A stretch of DNA of 64,000 nucleotides from Phallusia mammillata (lineage: Eukaryota), in NCBI GenBank assembly GCA_965637545.1, contig OZ281495.1, positions 23,622,001-23,686,000 of the forward strand. The letters are read 5' to 3'. The notes under the pieces are model-generated. The model had not been told where the DNA came from. It saw only the letters and a list, made by a program, of their open reading frames with translations, and searched no databases. A program made the position numbers and the translations under genes. Shown piece after piece: positions 38,101-52,200 of this stretch (its first letter is position 1; each line of letters opens with the position of its first letter).

Positions 38101-39625
38101 GGGAAAAAAGAATGATAGATATATTAACCACAAGTAGACAGAATTTACTACATATCTCAACGGTTTGTGGCAACTTTGCAGAAACTTCTTCGGAATCGGT
38201 GAAAAGTGAACAAACGGTTCGAGAAACAATCCCATTAAACCAAGCGCCCGCGACCCCACCAATTGAATTGCTGCCGCAAGAACCTCACACCACCAGTCCG
38301 ACCCCCTCACTGGCCGAGCAAAACAACAACTCGAATTCCAACAATGGAGAAGCATTTGTGCTGACCACAAACACATTACCGCCTAAAACCGCTAAATTGC
38401 GGATATCCAAAGCAGAACTGCCATCTGCTCCAGCTACTCCGAAGATCAACGACAATCCTCGTAGCGAATACACTTCGTCGAGTTTAGCAAGGCCTGTATC
38501 AGTACCCGTCAAAAATAGCGTTTCCCACGATTTGATTTCCAGCGAACCAGTGAAAATATCCCATCAAGCGTTGTCGGCCAGAAACTCCAGTCCTGAATAT
38601 TTGTCAGGACCGAAGCGCACAGGCTCAAGAACGTTTTACGACGATATTGATTCAGTTTTCTTGCAAACAAGGTGAGTTAAACAACATACGAAACCCTTTG
38701 TTATTATATCCCCAACATACCACTAACAAAAGCTACTGCACATTTGTAAACGCACCGCATTATAGACAATCTGATTTTGTACAGATCACAGTCAGTTGAT
38801 TTGGACGGGAACGTACAGAGCGAGGTTGTGATTACAAGTCCAGAGAAGCACAGATCACATGGTGGACGCAAACACCACCGCAAGCGTGGTTCCCGGTCTT
38901 CGGGAAATATGAAACGCAGCGGTAGCATCGACTCGTCTCTACACAGTCACCACAACTCCCACCAACCGCTGTTTAAGCATGAACGCCACACTAAAAAAGA
39001 TCACCAGCGTCACCACCGCCATAAATCAATGCAGGAAGGGCCGATCAGTTTGGGTGCTGGACAAGACCAACAGGTCGCGGGCCCGTATTTTTCGTCTACC
39101 CTAAAGGCCGAAAAAAGTGTCGATGATCTTTGCCATGTGACAGAACACGGGACACTTACACGCAGCAGCCGACAACGCGACTTGCCAACGAGCATGACAG
39201 CAAGCAGCGACAGACTGGAACAAGCCGACGCTGTCACGCATCAACGCAAAATGAGCGACGCCTGCCACAAGACCCTTGCCGCCCAGCACAGAAAGCTGTC
39301 GGACTCGCGTGTCCAGCGCCAGCAGGACAGTAGCAACGCCAAAGCTGCCAAGCCTAAAAAGCATTCGGGACACTCTTCAGCGAAACCTAATGGACACGTG
39401 AGCTCTGCAGGAAACACACCTCACAAACATGAAGTCCTGCTGCGCACGAAACACGAACGCGCACACGGCGATCGTCGCCGTCCAGTCTCTTACCACCTGG
39501 CCTCCGGCGCCCTGCCTCCATCCTATGCAGCGCACCAGCAAGGCAACGGATCCTGTTATAATGACGCTGCACTAACCTCACGACCATCTGTTTTCATGGA
39601 TAGCTTTAAAGAAGTGATAGTGTGA
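23146..39625 (+). CDS. FRMD6: FRMD6/Willin/Expanded-like FERM protein, 13 exons
   Basis: Exons 23146-23327 (tentative first), 24411-24978, 25099-25189, 25309-25391, 27261-27346, 30789-30975, 31197-31352, 33860-33997, 35801-35975, 37055-37183, 37294-37401, 37760-37939, 38182-38671 and 38785-39625, all phase-compatible (13 plus the tentative first). Motifs: LNKYAPKEW, QFQVQYFVE, YYLQLKKNVL, VHYYKLYK, FPWAKVGRL, LPSSRKLTYYTG, YRESYIS, HTSGIES. FRMD1 is not excluded. Confidence 0.88.
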
Positions 39626-40393
39626 TTTAAGGACTCAAATTCGTTTTTTTTTTGTCTTTCGTTTTCGTTTATGTGCTACCTTCGTTTTTTATGCTTTGCA
39701 GTACAGAATTGCTTTTCTAGGGGGTTTCTATCTCTTTTTTCGCAGATATTTATAAAGTCGAAGATTTGTACAAACACACAGCTTTCCAGTGACAACGAAA
39801 CGACCCAAAGAGGCGCGATGTAAAAACATGGGACTAAACGTGAAGACACCAATCATGACCGTGTGTTGATATATTGCATTTTTTTCTGTTCCTGCATATT
39901 TGACGTTGCACCTCCCGACTTCTTCACGCTGCCTATTTAAAGAGATCGACTTCGCATTTTGCGTGAAACGGTGCAGCCGCCGCACATATGTCCAATATAA
40001 TTTGGTTTTTTGGTGGCGATTCACAGAACAGAGTTTGGACTGTCGATTGAACTACGCATGTGCCTTAAAGATGTTTTTTGTGCGTTTTGTTTCGTTTCTT
40101 TCAGACAATTGTCACTGCAGGCAATCGTTGATCTCTTGTTTTTAACTTTCTTTTAATAAAACAGTGGAATTACACACCAGTCGTATCAAACCAGGAAAAA
40201 GTATGTTTGAACGTTTAATTGACACCCAAAACGGACTTCAAAACAAATACTGCAGCAAACCGTTTGTCTTAATGAAGGCAGGATTTATCAGTTCCAGATC
40301 AGTTGTTCACACTATAACACCAAATTACACAGAAATTAGACCAAACAAATTAACTGTAATTGCAAAGTGTACAAATCAGCTATCACCCAGTCT

Positions 40394-42899
40394 TTACAAC
40401 CCAGCAATTGTTCTCAGGTCTTTGATAACAGTGGCGTGCTGTTCATCGAAATACATTCCGTCGACTGACATTGCCTGATCAGGGCTTATACCATCCTGTA
40501 TTCCGAAGTCTTCTATAACTTCCAGTATCTTTTTTTCCTAAACAGCGTTTCATCACAATTTAGTTGTAAATCGCCCAACGGACCTTGCATTTAACAAATT
40601 ACCCTTGTGTAAGACGGCATGTACTTTTCCATGAACTTTGTGTCTGATGGAAATCCGATCGCTTTTCTTAAATACCGATCGTGGATGGAACAAGACTTAA
40701 GCGTGTATAACGCCAAGCCGAGTGCATAACATGCCCAGTTAGACACACCTAAATTAAACAAAACAACAAGTCACCCGGACTGCCACTGGTTAGGTTACAT
40801 GAGCGAATACACCACATTAAATACCTGCAGCAAGCACAAGATCTGATGCAGTTACACAGGCCACTTTTTCACCCAATGGAATGTGCTCTCTTACTTTCTG
40901 GACAACTTTTCCCATCCCAAGCTCGTTGCCACCGTCACCAATTGCAATCGTAACAATATCAGAGTGATTAGAAGCCGCCTCAAATAGATCATCAATGGGA
41001 GTAAGGCGATCTGTGATATTCTTGCCTTTCATGCCGTAATAGCAACCATCTCTTGCCCTTCCACATCGTTCAGATGCAAGGACGACATCATAAAGACGGC
41101 CTGAATTGCACAGTTGTCCCTCCAGTGGTTGTTTTGGATGAAATGGAACTATTTGCAATTCTTTCGGCAATAAGCCCTCTTTATGACATCGTTTTGCGAT
41201 GGACTGGTTGAAATCGAGTGTATGAGCATCAACAATTAACGTTACACTTTTTCCAAGACATTGAAGGGATGCTGCCAAACTAATAATACCTAAAAAAACT
41301 TTTACGTAAGTATTGCAGTAAAGGTAAACATTAACGAAACTACCTCACCTGGGAGACCATCTGTCTCATCTGGTGGGTCAAAGTCGTGAACTGGAAAACC
41401 AGTTATCAGTGCAACACTTTGCGCGTGTGAAAGAGCAAGACAAGCCTTGACAAAGTCTCCCTGTACAACCAAATGTTGAATTCCTCTACGGCCAGGATCT
41501 TGCTCTGTCGTGGCTGCCAGTTGATCAAGAGCAGCTAGAGTGCGCTTTGACAACACACTGTAGCTTCGGTTCTTCGCCGAAAACTGGACAACCTCAGACA
41601 GGGTTTCTGGTGGCTTACTATTTAGATCCGGGACTTCTTGCGCAACGTCCGTAACAAACATCCGTCCAGGGGCATGGGAAAAGGACAGGTCGATCTTGGC
41701 TGCCTTCAAAGCTTCGGTGCCGGTTATGCCACAACACCAAAATACGGGCACATAACCTTCTTCAACAACTGCTGTGTCTCCAAAATCAACTTGTGATAGG
41801 TCTTTAATTCCGAGAGAAGCTGTCGTAAAGCAAAAATTAGGCATACGAAGGTAGCTAAGGTAGTTAAAGTTAAGCAAAGTATTCGAACTGTTATCAAATC
41901 ACAACGAAAAAAACGATTTAGTAATGTTTAATTATTAATACCGTATACATGTGTGCCATTTTCCAATCGTAACTTATATTTGTAATGCATTATGAACTAG
42001 CTGAAACTGTGCAAGGTAGTATATTTTTTAACAATAATCACAACATCGCTAGCGTACTTGGTGATCCGTAATGTACCGGGGCACCATGAACGTCGTCCAG
42101 AAAGTTGGAAAGGTCGGCCGCTAAATTAAGTTTGTTTTGGGGGACAGGCTGCATACTGACAATCATCTTGCATTTAAACGGACCACTAGCAGAACAGTCA
42201 AGGTTGGTTCTGTAGATGGCCACATTGTCTCCAGGTGGAAGGGGTTTGGTCACCCCGTTTTCGACCAACGTGTTTAAAAACGAAAAGCTACACCCGATGT
42301 AAAAAGTGACCATGTCCGAAAGGTTGAAATCTGTACGACAAGAGTAACACGAATTAAATAACTCACTAAAATATTATGTCTCCATACTTAAAACACTGGT
42401 GAATGTTTAAAACGCATATGCTTGAACAAGAAGGAAATAATTCGGCTTTCGTTTGTTGTGTATGAAAAGAGGAAGCAGCCTCGGATTGATGTAGCCTTTA
42501 TGCTGTTAGAGCAACGCCCAGGAAATTGGCATACGGTTTAGCCCTAACACTTCCCACAAGTATTATACAGTTAAAAGAATGCCAACCTTGTAAACTTTCA
42601 ACCTGAGATTCGGCAACGCCATTTCGGATTACCGTGTACAAAGGAAGATCGGTTCGAATATCCGAATCTTGGCACAAATCCGGAGCGTCGAACTCGCCCG
42701 GTTTGCTGGTGTACAGTAACGGTATGGCGCCAAAATTCTGTTTAGCAAAATTGCCAAAGTCCGCAGCAAGCGCACTGGGCAAGATTACAATATTTGCTTG
42801 CTTGTAACTTTCACAGTACAAGGTCGTTTTGAGATGCTTTAATTCTCCGCTCCTGATCAAAGCACGCACGGACGATGGTAATGCCTTACTGAAGTTCAT
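40394..42899 (-). CDS. DGLUCY: D-glutamate cyclase (C14orf159) homolog, copy A, complete, 6 exons
   Basis: Exons 42899-42587, 42330-42058, 41819-41349, 41289-40825, 40748-40603 and 40537-40394. N-domain GCSFS and PVFWCCG; C-domain [45 protein letters not shown]. Confidence 0.93.
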
Positions 42900-44664
42900 C
42901 TGTTTTCTTTCCGATAAATATTATACTCTTACGCAAAAATTCTGTAAGACGAATATCAATTTATTTGTACCTCTTAGCAAGGGGTGTAACACATGTGTTA
43001 CCCTGCTAAAATAGAAAAGCATATGCCCACAATATGAATAAGGCAATATACGTCAAATTTAAAATACATTACCACAGGGTTTTGTATTATGTCAAACTAC
43101 CTTATCTTATGGTTTCCTGTACTTATAACCGATCCAAGAGCCACTTTGGATAAAAACATTGCGAAAGAAAGCCGATGGTGCAACTGCAATTTGAAACTGC
43201 TCTAAAGCCACCTTCCGTCCTGTTAAACTGTTTTTGACGTGACAATACGTTACTATGTCGTCACAAGCTCCAGCACAAAACAAACTCTCCAAAATTATGT
43301 TGTTGTTGAAAACATGATCATGCTTGCTTGCAACTGCACAATATCCCGAAGTAATTTACCCTAAAAAGATTTAGCACATATCACTTTAATACGAATGTTT
43401 GACAACAAATTGTGGCACAGAATCCAGATTGGAAAGTTTTTTCTGTGATGCGGAGGCTTTTTGAAAAAATAATTGCGTGGATTTTCAGCTAAATTACGAT
43501 TTTTTTTCATATTTGATTAACAGGTGGATTTAACGATTGACGCAAAACCTCTATGCAACGCCTACAAGACCGACAAAAGAATAACAAAAATAAACTACGG
43601 ATCTTTACCAGTTTTGCTCCATTGCACACGTAGCTGCTCTACTGAAAGCTAAACCATTTCATTTTCATGACGATGTAAAATGTTTGTGCCATTATATTCC
43701 TTTTTTTGTTGGATGCTTTTTGAATGCCCATGTCAGTTCAAGCGTGACGATCGTTGAGTTTCGATGCGCTTGACTGATTTAGATGAGTTGAGTGGATCTT
43801 TAGCAAAATAAAGCTTGTGGCGACATATAACTTCATTGTGCAACGCAAATATAAAATTTTACAGAAAAACTATCGAAGTTACCTATGGGAGTAGTGCGAA
43901 ATTGCAAGGATAACACTTTTTTGCGCGGATTACAAGTAAAATTTCAAAATAGGTCATTCTTTCCAATCTAGCACCTACCCTACTACTATTTTTCCCTCTG
44001 CTTTATATTGTAACAGCTAACTAGGCAATGCAATTGTACTGATATTAGTTAGTTATATTTAACATGTCGTAACATACATTACACTTACAGTTTTCGGCTA
44101 ACGCATGTCCTGCCTGAAATGCTGCGCTACCGGTGTCACAATGCTGCAGTCTCGTCTCGTTAGCTGCGATTTCAATAGCGTTACGCGTGTGAGGAAAAGA
44201 GACAATTTTGCTCTGTTTGAACAGCACTGGAGCAACGGTTTAGCAAATGGTTCACTTCAGCCGCTAGCGCCTGGCCGGCAGCAACAACAACTCACGAAAC
44301 AGTTTGGCTGCGGTTGTCATCGAGGACTTGAAGCATTTTTGTCCTTGAATACTAAGCAATACAGGCTGTTAAAGTTTTCAGCACGATCAGAAAAAGACGG
44401 AAAGCCGTTTTTAAAGAGTCGGTTTATTGTATAAAGTAGAAAGTTATACATACAAAAAGGATGGTTGTGCTAAGCAACTACACTGTCCAGCAAGTAGCAT
44501 AAGTGGATAAACCGCGTTTTTGACACACACTCGTTGGCACATAATTCCCTGTAAAATGACCCAAAGGCAAAGCACGGAAGAAATATTTGCGACTTTGAGA
44601 CAAGACGAACAAAATTCAGGAAGTACAAACAAGTGACACACCCTAATTTGCAACAAGAACAGTG

Positions 44665-47516
44665 TCACAAACCAACCATCGACCTGATATCTTCATAAAA
44701 ATCGAAACGTTTTTTGTCAAACTTGGTCTGTATAGGACTTGTTCTGCAGACTTTCTGTAAAATCTCATGCATCTCTTTTTCCTGAAAAGCGTACAAAAAA
44801 ATAACTCGTGTCAGTGTCAACTTTAAGTTTACCACACAAAAATAAACTTTACCCTGGTGGAGGACGGCATATACTGTTTTGTGTTGTTGACATCGAAAGG
44901 AAATCCGATTGCTTTTCTCAAATATCGGTCGTGGATTGCACACGACTGTAACGCGTACATAGCTAGTCCAAGAGCACAGCTTCGAAGATCGGACGTTTCT
45001 AAACGCGTAAATTGTTATAGTGCGCAAATAAAGTACAAACAACTTGCCATACGTACGTTCATCAAATAATTTTAATAGTACTTGTTAATCGAACAACCGT
45101 AACTTTGTTTACCTGAACCAAACACAAAGTCCGCTGTGATACGCGGTGGGTTGTTTTTGTTCGTTGCAATGATGCTTTCTTTACTATTGGTGGATATCAT
45201 AATGACTTCGGAAATGACGGCAACAAGCTCAAACACTTGGTCATACTGCTTCTGTTTGAATGTTTCTGGGGAAAGTATTACGTCGTAGTGGCGTTCTTGG
45301 TTTAGCTGAGCATCAAGCGGTTGGTCCAGTTGAAATGGAATCAGGTGTGGAACCTTCGGTAGTAAACCTTTCTCATGACATATTTCGACAATAGCTTTGT
45401 TCAAGTCGAAGGTGTTTGCTTCAACAAACATCGCTACACTTTTGCCCAGCGATTGAAGCGATGCTGCCACACCAAGCACATCTGCAAAACCAGCATGTGG
45501 AAAAGTCGACGCTTTATGATTTGCATTAGGCGACAAAATGAATCGTTTGATGTCATCGCCAGTAGCCTACTGAAAAAAGTAACATTTTGTACAGCGTTGG
45601 CAGTTACTGGTGTAACCTATGGTGTAACCAAAACAAAGCCCTCTTTGCGGTTCGATGAGTACTGCCAAAGTTTGAACAACGGTAAAATTATAAAAAACAA
45701 GCTGATAATTAGATCTGCCCCCTAGCTATCGGTCTAAGCCTTAATTGCTACAAAACCAATGTAAAACAATAAAGTGTCCTGGTGTTCACATCTTACTATC
45801 CATCTGCTTATAAACAACAGACAAATGAGGTTAAATTTGTGTATATGTATTGGCCAATCATGTACTTACCCAATAGTCCATAAACATCATTTGGCAAATC
45901 GCGATCGCAATTCATAAACCCTGGGAAAAATGCCAAACTTTGTGCATTGGACAGGGCTAAACTGGCCTTGACAAAATCTTCTGGTGCTTTATTTGTTCCA
46001 GACCTCTGTTTAGTTGCTGCTGCTGCTATTTTTTCAAGGACATCCAAAGTGCGCTTTGAAACGACGCTGTATTGTTGATTCTTCGCCGAAATTTGTACAA
46101 CTTCCGACATAGCATCCTCGGGCATGTCTGTTAGGTCAGTACCTTGGGATGCAACGTCTGTAATGAACATATGCCCTGGAGAGTGTGTGAAAGACAAATC
46201 CACGTTAGCCGATCTCAAAGCCTCAAGGCCTGTCACCCCACAGCACCAAAACACCGGCACGAAACCTTCTTCTATATCTGTTGCGTCTCCAAAATCAACC
46301 TTCGATATGTCTTTGATTCCAATAGACGCTGGTATATGACAACAAACGCCAGTATTAACAACAACCAAAAGCACAACGATAGTATATGGAATATCGTTTT
46401 ATTTAAAAAAAATCGTTTTAAAGTGAATTTAAAAGTTATCATATAATTAAACCGAGGCTGCAAACTTGTGTTTTACGCCTTTACGTACCTGGCGATCCAA
46501 AGTGAATTGGTGCACCATGCACATCCTTCATACAGTTAGTAACATCCGCTGCCATGTTTAGTTTGCTGTGGTGAACAGGCTGCATACTGACGACCATCTT
46601 GCATTTGAATGGACCACTCGGATAACAGTCTACATTCGTCTTGTACATGGAAACATTTTTACCTGGCGCCTTTGCACTGGTTACACCGTTTTCAATAAGA
46701 GCTTGGTAGAAAGAAAAGCTGCACCCAATGTAGAAAGTAACCATGTTGGACATGTCAAAATCTGTACATATAAAAGCTTTAAGTTTAAAAGCACGGTCGT
46801 TTCTGAAGTCAGATACACGTGAGTCTCTTATATGTAAATCTGTTATAATGCGTGATACGATGCAGCATAGGCTTTAGGTTGCGACTGTTAACCCAGAGAC
46901 TGACGGCGACAATACACTGTAACTTTAGGCAAATGTTTTATTATTTTACCCAATTGGTGGAGGTTTACTAGATAACTGATACGTTGTAAGCTTAAATGCA
47001 GACTATCATACACAGCTGTGTCATGTTGTCCAAACAGTTAAAAATATACTGGGGTAGGGGGGTGACCAAACTGTAAATCAATAACCAAGATATAATTAAT
47101 TTTCAGTATTTAACACATTCAAGGATTGTCACGCGCATATCGAAGATTATACTCTAATATGCAGTCAACCTATGCATAAACATCAAGTAACCTTTTAAGT
47201 GTTCGACCTCCGTTTCAACAACTCCATTCTTTATCACGGTGTACAATGGAACGTCTGTGCGAATATCCGAATTGTTGCATAATTCTGGAGCCTCAAAATC
47301 GCCTGGTTTACTGGTGTATAGCAAAGGAATGGAGGCTGAATTTCCCTTCGCAAACTTTTCAAAATCACTAGTCAAAGAACTTGGTAAAATCACGATGTTG
47401 GCTTGTTTGTAACCCTCGCAAAATAAGGGAGTTGCTTGACGTTTTAAATCTCCAATTCGGATTAGCTTACGGACAGTAGATGGTAATGCTGTTCCCAGGT
47501 CCATTTGTTTTTTCAT
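44665..47516 (-). CDS. DGLUCY paralog, copy B: intact N-domain, divergent C-domain, 6 exons
   Basis: Exons 47516-47192, 46761-46489, 46328-45870, 45481-45113, 44998-44853 and 44781-44665; same intron positions and phases as copy A, with an open frame. The start could be 47516 or the next Met (MDLG). Confidence 0.85.
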
Positions 47517-49254
47517 GCACTTAAAACATGTACATTGTATAGCCTACAACGACAAAGCTATCATAAAATAGACATACGTGCTGCACAACGCACATTTTAG
47601 TTCCATTATTACAGCTTCGTATTTCTAAAGAAACAGCACCTGGTTGAAAATCAAACAAATGTACAAAGCTAATCCTTCCTGTCAGCGCGCAAACATTTAT
47701 TTTGTGATGTCACTTACAACGCCCAATGAAACCAAACAAAACGATAGTTCGGTTCTAGCAAAATCCTTGCTTTTACCCTTGTGCTTTTCTGGTCGTGCAG
47801 CATTTTCAACAAACGTCACGGTCTGTTCGTGTACAAATGAAATGCGGATCATTGCGAAACTATTATGTTTGTTCCATCAAATCACGTTTCTTCGGTGCGG
47901 CATGAGCACTGCGTACCAGCCTGCAATTTTGCACTGAACCCTAATGCTGTTTTATAAGAGGAAAAACTGACTTCAAAATGCAGAATGAATAATAAAATAA
48001 CACGCCACACTGTACCCATAAAGTAAAATCATGCTACTGGATCATTGCCAGCCAAATGGACAGGGCATTTCCTTTTTTCATGCGCACTATGGCGCAACAA
48101 AGAAGGCATCGTTACAGTGTGACATGTGATACAATGCAAGTCAAAAACGCCAATGATGCCCCTACACGTAACAACTTTCTCCGTGAAAAGAATTTGAAAG
48201 CAACTGGCTAATTGTTGAGAGTGCATTACAGGCCCTATAGCTTGACCCGCGCACCGTATGTTGCACGCCCTCTTGCATATTTTTTTTATGTACCCTATGT
48301 GACATACACTAGCTAGGCCCTGTATTTCTGACTCGCATGTCTCCAGGCATTGTTTAAATACCACGACAAACACAAGATAAACGCGCGCAAACCTTTAAAC
48401 GTGTTTGCCAAGCGATTTCGCACGTATGTACTTCGACAACCATACTTTTTTATGTCCCATAATCCCATTTCCTATCAAAAGCACATTTATCGTATATCCG
48501 CAGAAAAAGATAGCTAGGATTTTATCTAATTTCCAATCCTATTTTGCACAGCTGTTAATAGCTACCGTTGGTAGTTATGTCGACAAAGTGATTTAATTTT
48601 TAGGATTGTAGTGTAGTGAGCAAAGTCAACGTGTCAACCCAGACAACGTGTCAACCCACGGAACAGAACTTATTTTGGAAATTGATCAATATAAAAACCT
48701 TGTTGTAACAATTAGTAGTGCTAATTTAGGTCAACAATAGTAGTGTGTACTGAAACGTATCACAACAAAGTCACGTGCGCTACATGTTCCGCTTGATGGC
48801 TTTTATGAGGAGAATTGGAATATATTATGTTAGCTTTTCTGTCTCTTACTTCGTTTCAGAGCAATGATGGTGTGTCACGAGTAATTTAAAGTATGCTGTG
48901 AAAATTTCGCATTTGCAAATTCATCTCATGTTTAGAGCCTAATAAGTAAATCGTGGTTTAACAACCGTAAACTTTTGGGAAATAGTGATGTGTATGCATA
49001 TGAAATATGATTATGATACTATCTATGATTGTGTGCTAGTGTTACTTGCCAATGTGATAAAAAGGTTGTAGTTGGGTTTTGAGCACCAACTGGACAAGGT
49101 TAAGTGTGCGTTGTTTAGTCAGGTAGCATTGTGGGTAGCAAGTATTAGGGCTGCTGGATCCTGATAAAATTTTTAGTGTTGTTTTTTGTTTCAGGCAATT
49201 TAGTGACATTATGCTGTGTTAACGTATAATCTGTATTCAACACCATTACTCTCA

Positions 49255-52200
49255 ATGGATGTCGTTATATACTTGTCTGACAACACAGGTCACCAATTTA
49301 CACTTCCAAATGGAAAAACCACCCCAGCCTCACAACTTCTTCAAATTATGATCGCCACACTTAAACTTCCGGATGTTTTAGCTAAAAAATGTTTTTCTCT
49401 GTGGCTAAAATCTCCACTGCTAGGTAGGTCTTTCTTGGTTTTATTGTTATCACAAATTTTCACAGTGTGAATTTTTTTACAGATGTACAACTTAAGCCCC
49501 AACATATTCCGTTTCGCATGGTGAAGCAGTGGCCGATGTTTATTGAACGTTTTTCGATGTGTAGTGATCTTGAAAAATCACATGGTAGGTATGTTTGCTG
49601 TGTATGTAAGATGTCACTGTAAAATGTTTATGTGTTTGGACAGATGAGCCTGCCATACTGTTTAGACGAAACGCATTTTTAACGCGCGAAGAGGAAATGC
49701 AGATAACAGATGAATCTATTCTTGAAGTATTGCTTCTGGAAGCAAAACATAACATTCAACAAGGTTGTACATGTTTTTGCTTATGTCACAAATGATTGCT
49801 GTTCTACATACACCAGTAAATCATCTATGGCTCTTGTCAAACATTTTTTTGTACACTTTACAGGAATTTACCCTTGTGATGCTGAGGATATTGAACAGCT
49901 TGGTGCTCTACTTTGTCTTACTATGGAAGAAGCACCTGGAAAAGGGATTCAAAAAACTGCCAGGTAACTCAAGTTTGACCAGATATTTACTGTGTTCGTT
50001 TTTCTGCTGGAAGCACTTTATTTGTTTGTCAATGTAGTCATGTGGTTAATATAGTCAAGTGTATCATTAAGCATATGTTTTGTTCTACCTCAAGTGGTTG
50101 CTGCTCTACACAAGTGAAAAAAATCTTAATTATGCACACACAAGTTGGCCATAAGGAACTACTTCTTTTTGTTTGGGAAGAACATGACATGACTATCATT
50201 AAAATGATAACGTTTAATGCTAAAACCTTTTGTAGCTAAAAATTCATGATAAATGTTGGTTGCTAACTTGCTATATTAAGCAATCCCTGTATCACTCCAA
50301 CTTTGAGCATTTGTGGAATAACCCATTATGTTTTGTTGTTGTGACATATTTGTTAACTTTACAAGAGACAGATGCATTTGTGCCACAAACAATAATGTTA
50401 TAAAATGTGGCGAAAATACAGTGAATATAAACAAACATACATTTCACTGTCATTGTACTATTTGTTGTCTAAAAGGGAAAATCTGCCAACTTTAGTTCCT
50501 GAGCACATGGCTAAACCCAGAAGACATTTTCTCAGTCGACAGCAGTCTATGGAAGAAAGAATTATAAAATGTGCTAAAAAAGCATCACAAGAAAGAGCAG
50601 TCAACCCTACACTAGAGTTCATGAAGATTTGCTGGCAGTTACCTTATTATGGGTATGCTTCATTGTTATGAGCTATATCTGGTAACAACAGTTTAACTCA
50701 GTGGTCTTCAACCTGTGGGTCACGACCAGTGGTGGGATTCAGCCGGTTTGCACGGGTGCTATAGAACTGTCTCACGAAATGTGAGATCAGTGAACCGGTT
50801 AGCATTACTGGTTACAGTCAATGGACTTTTTGTGACAGAACAGATATGACTTTATGATAGAACCGGCTGACAAAAAATTTGAATACCACCACTGGTCGTG
50901 ACCCCAAGTGGGGTCGTCTAAACTTTTTCTGTGGTTGCCATATTTATTCAATTTATTGGCATTAAAATTTATTACCAAAACAATGACACATTTGCTTTTG
51001 TAGAAGTGTCATGTTCCATGGTATGGTTGAAAGAGCACTTAACAGCACATTGGCATCATGGTTCAGTGCACAAACTGAAATACCAGTTCGGGCTGCGATC
51101 AACACCGATGGAATATGGATTATAGACATCCACAAAAAGGTTGGGCGTCTATTGTAAGAACTAATACAGTAGTAAAGCAGAGTTTGTTTTTTGCTATAAT
51201 TTGTTTCTCTTTCTTTTAACCACTGGATGGTAATATTTTCAAAAGAGTGAACTTTATATGTAATAAATGAAAAAAGATAAGAAAACAATTTAGTCTGTCA
51301 TGAGGTTGTGTGCACAACAAATATATAACAAGCCAGCTTATTGCCATAAAATTACCAGCAGTTGTAATGGCCTGGGGCTGTAGAATTTATGACATGAGTA
51401 CATGACATGACTAGTGAAAAACTTTTAAACCAATTGTATTAAAATTGGGCTAGACAAAATACACATTTACATGCATTAGGAAAAAAATAACAGCTTTAAA
51501 GTGAAGCATGTTTTTATAGCATGTCCTGATTGGACTTTTGTATGATGAATTTAACTGGGAAGTGACAGACGGTCGAAGTGAAAATGCAGAGGAGGAACAG
51601 ATCCCAAGTCTTTTTCTTGAATTTGATGATAAGAAAACAAATGAAAACCAGCTATTACAGATTATGTCCAAAGAGGTAATATGGGTGTCCTTCCTCGTAT
51701 GTCAAATGATACCCCTGTAAATTTTCAAAATATCACATAGAATATATATGTATAAATCGGCAAGCAATCTGTTTAGTTGTGTACTTTGTTGTTCTGTCAA
51801 AATCTCAAAGTTTATTTTTCTGGGAAATGCAGGCCCCAATGATGAATTCAATGATTGAGACATGTATTGCCATGAAGCATGACAGAGAACAGCAAGAAAC
51901 GGAGTCACAGACAGTAACTGATGGTGCTAAAGGTAAAGGGGGGAATTTTTTTTTAAATTTCCAAACCTATTTTAGTAATTTTCTATTCTATTTATTTAGC
52001 ATAATATGTTGTTAAAAGGACATATTTTCCACATCTTTTGACTCTGGTTAAGTAAAGGTTCCAGAATTAGCTTTTAAATAAATAATTGACTAAAAAAATG
52101 GCTATGCATTACCAGGCAATTCCTCGAAGTCAATGGCAGCAGTTCTAAGTACCACAAGGGTCAGACCACTCTTTGAACGTCAGAACTCTGTAACAAAAAG

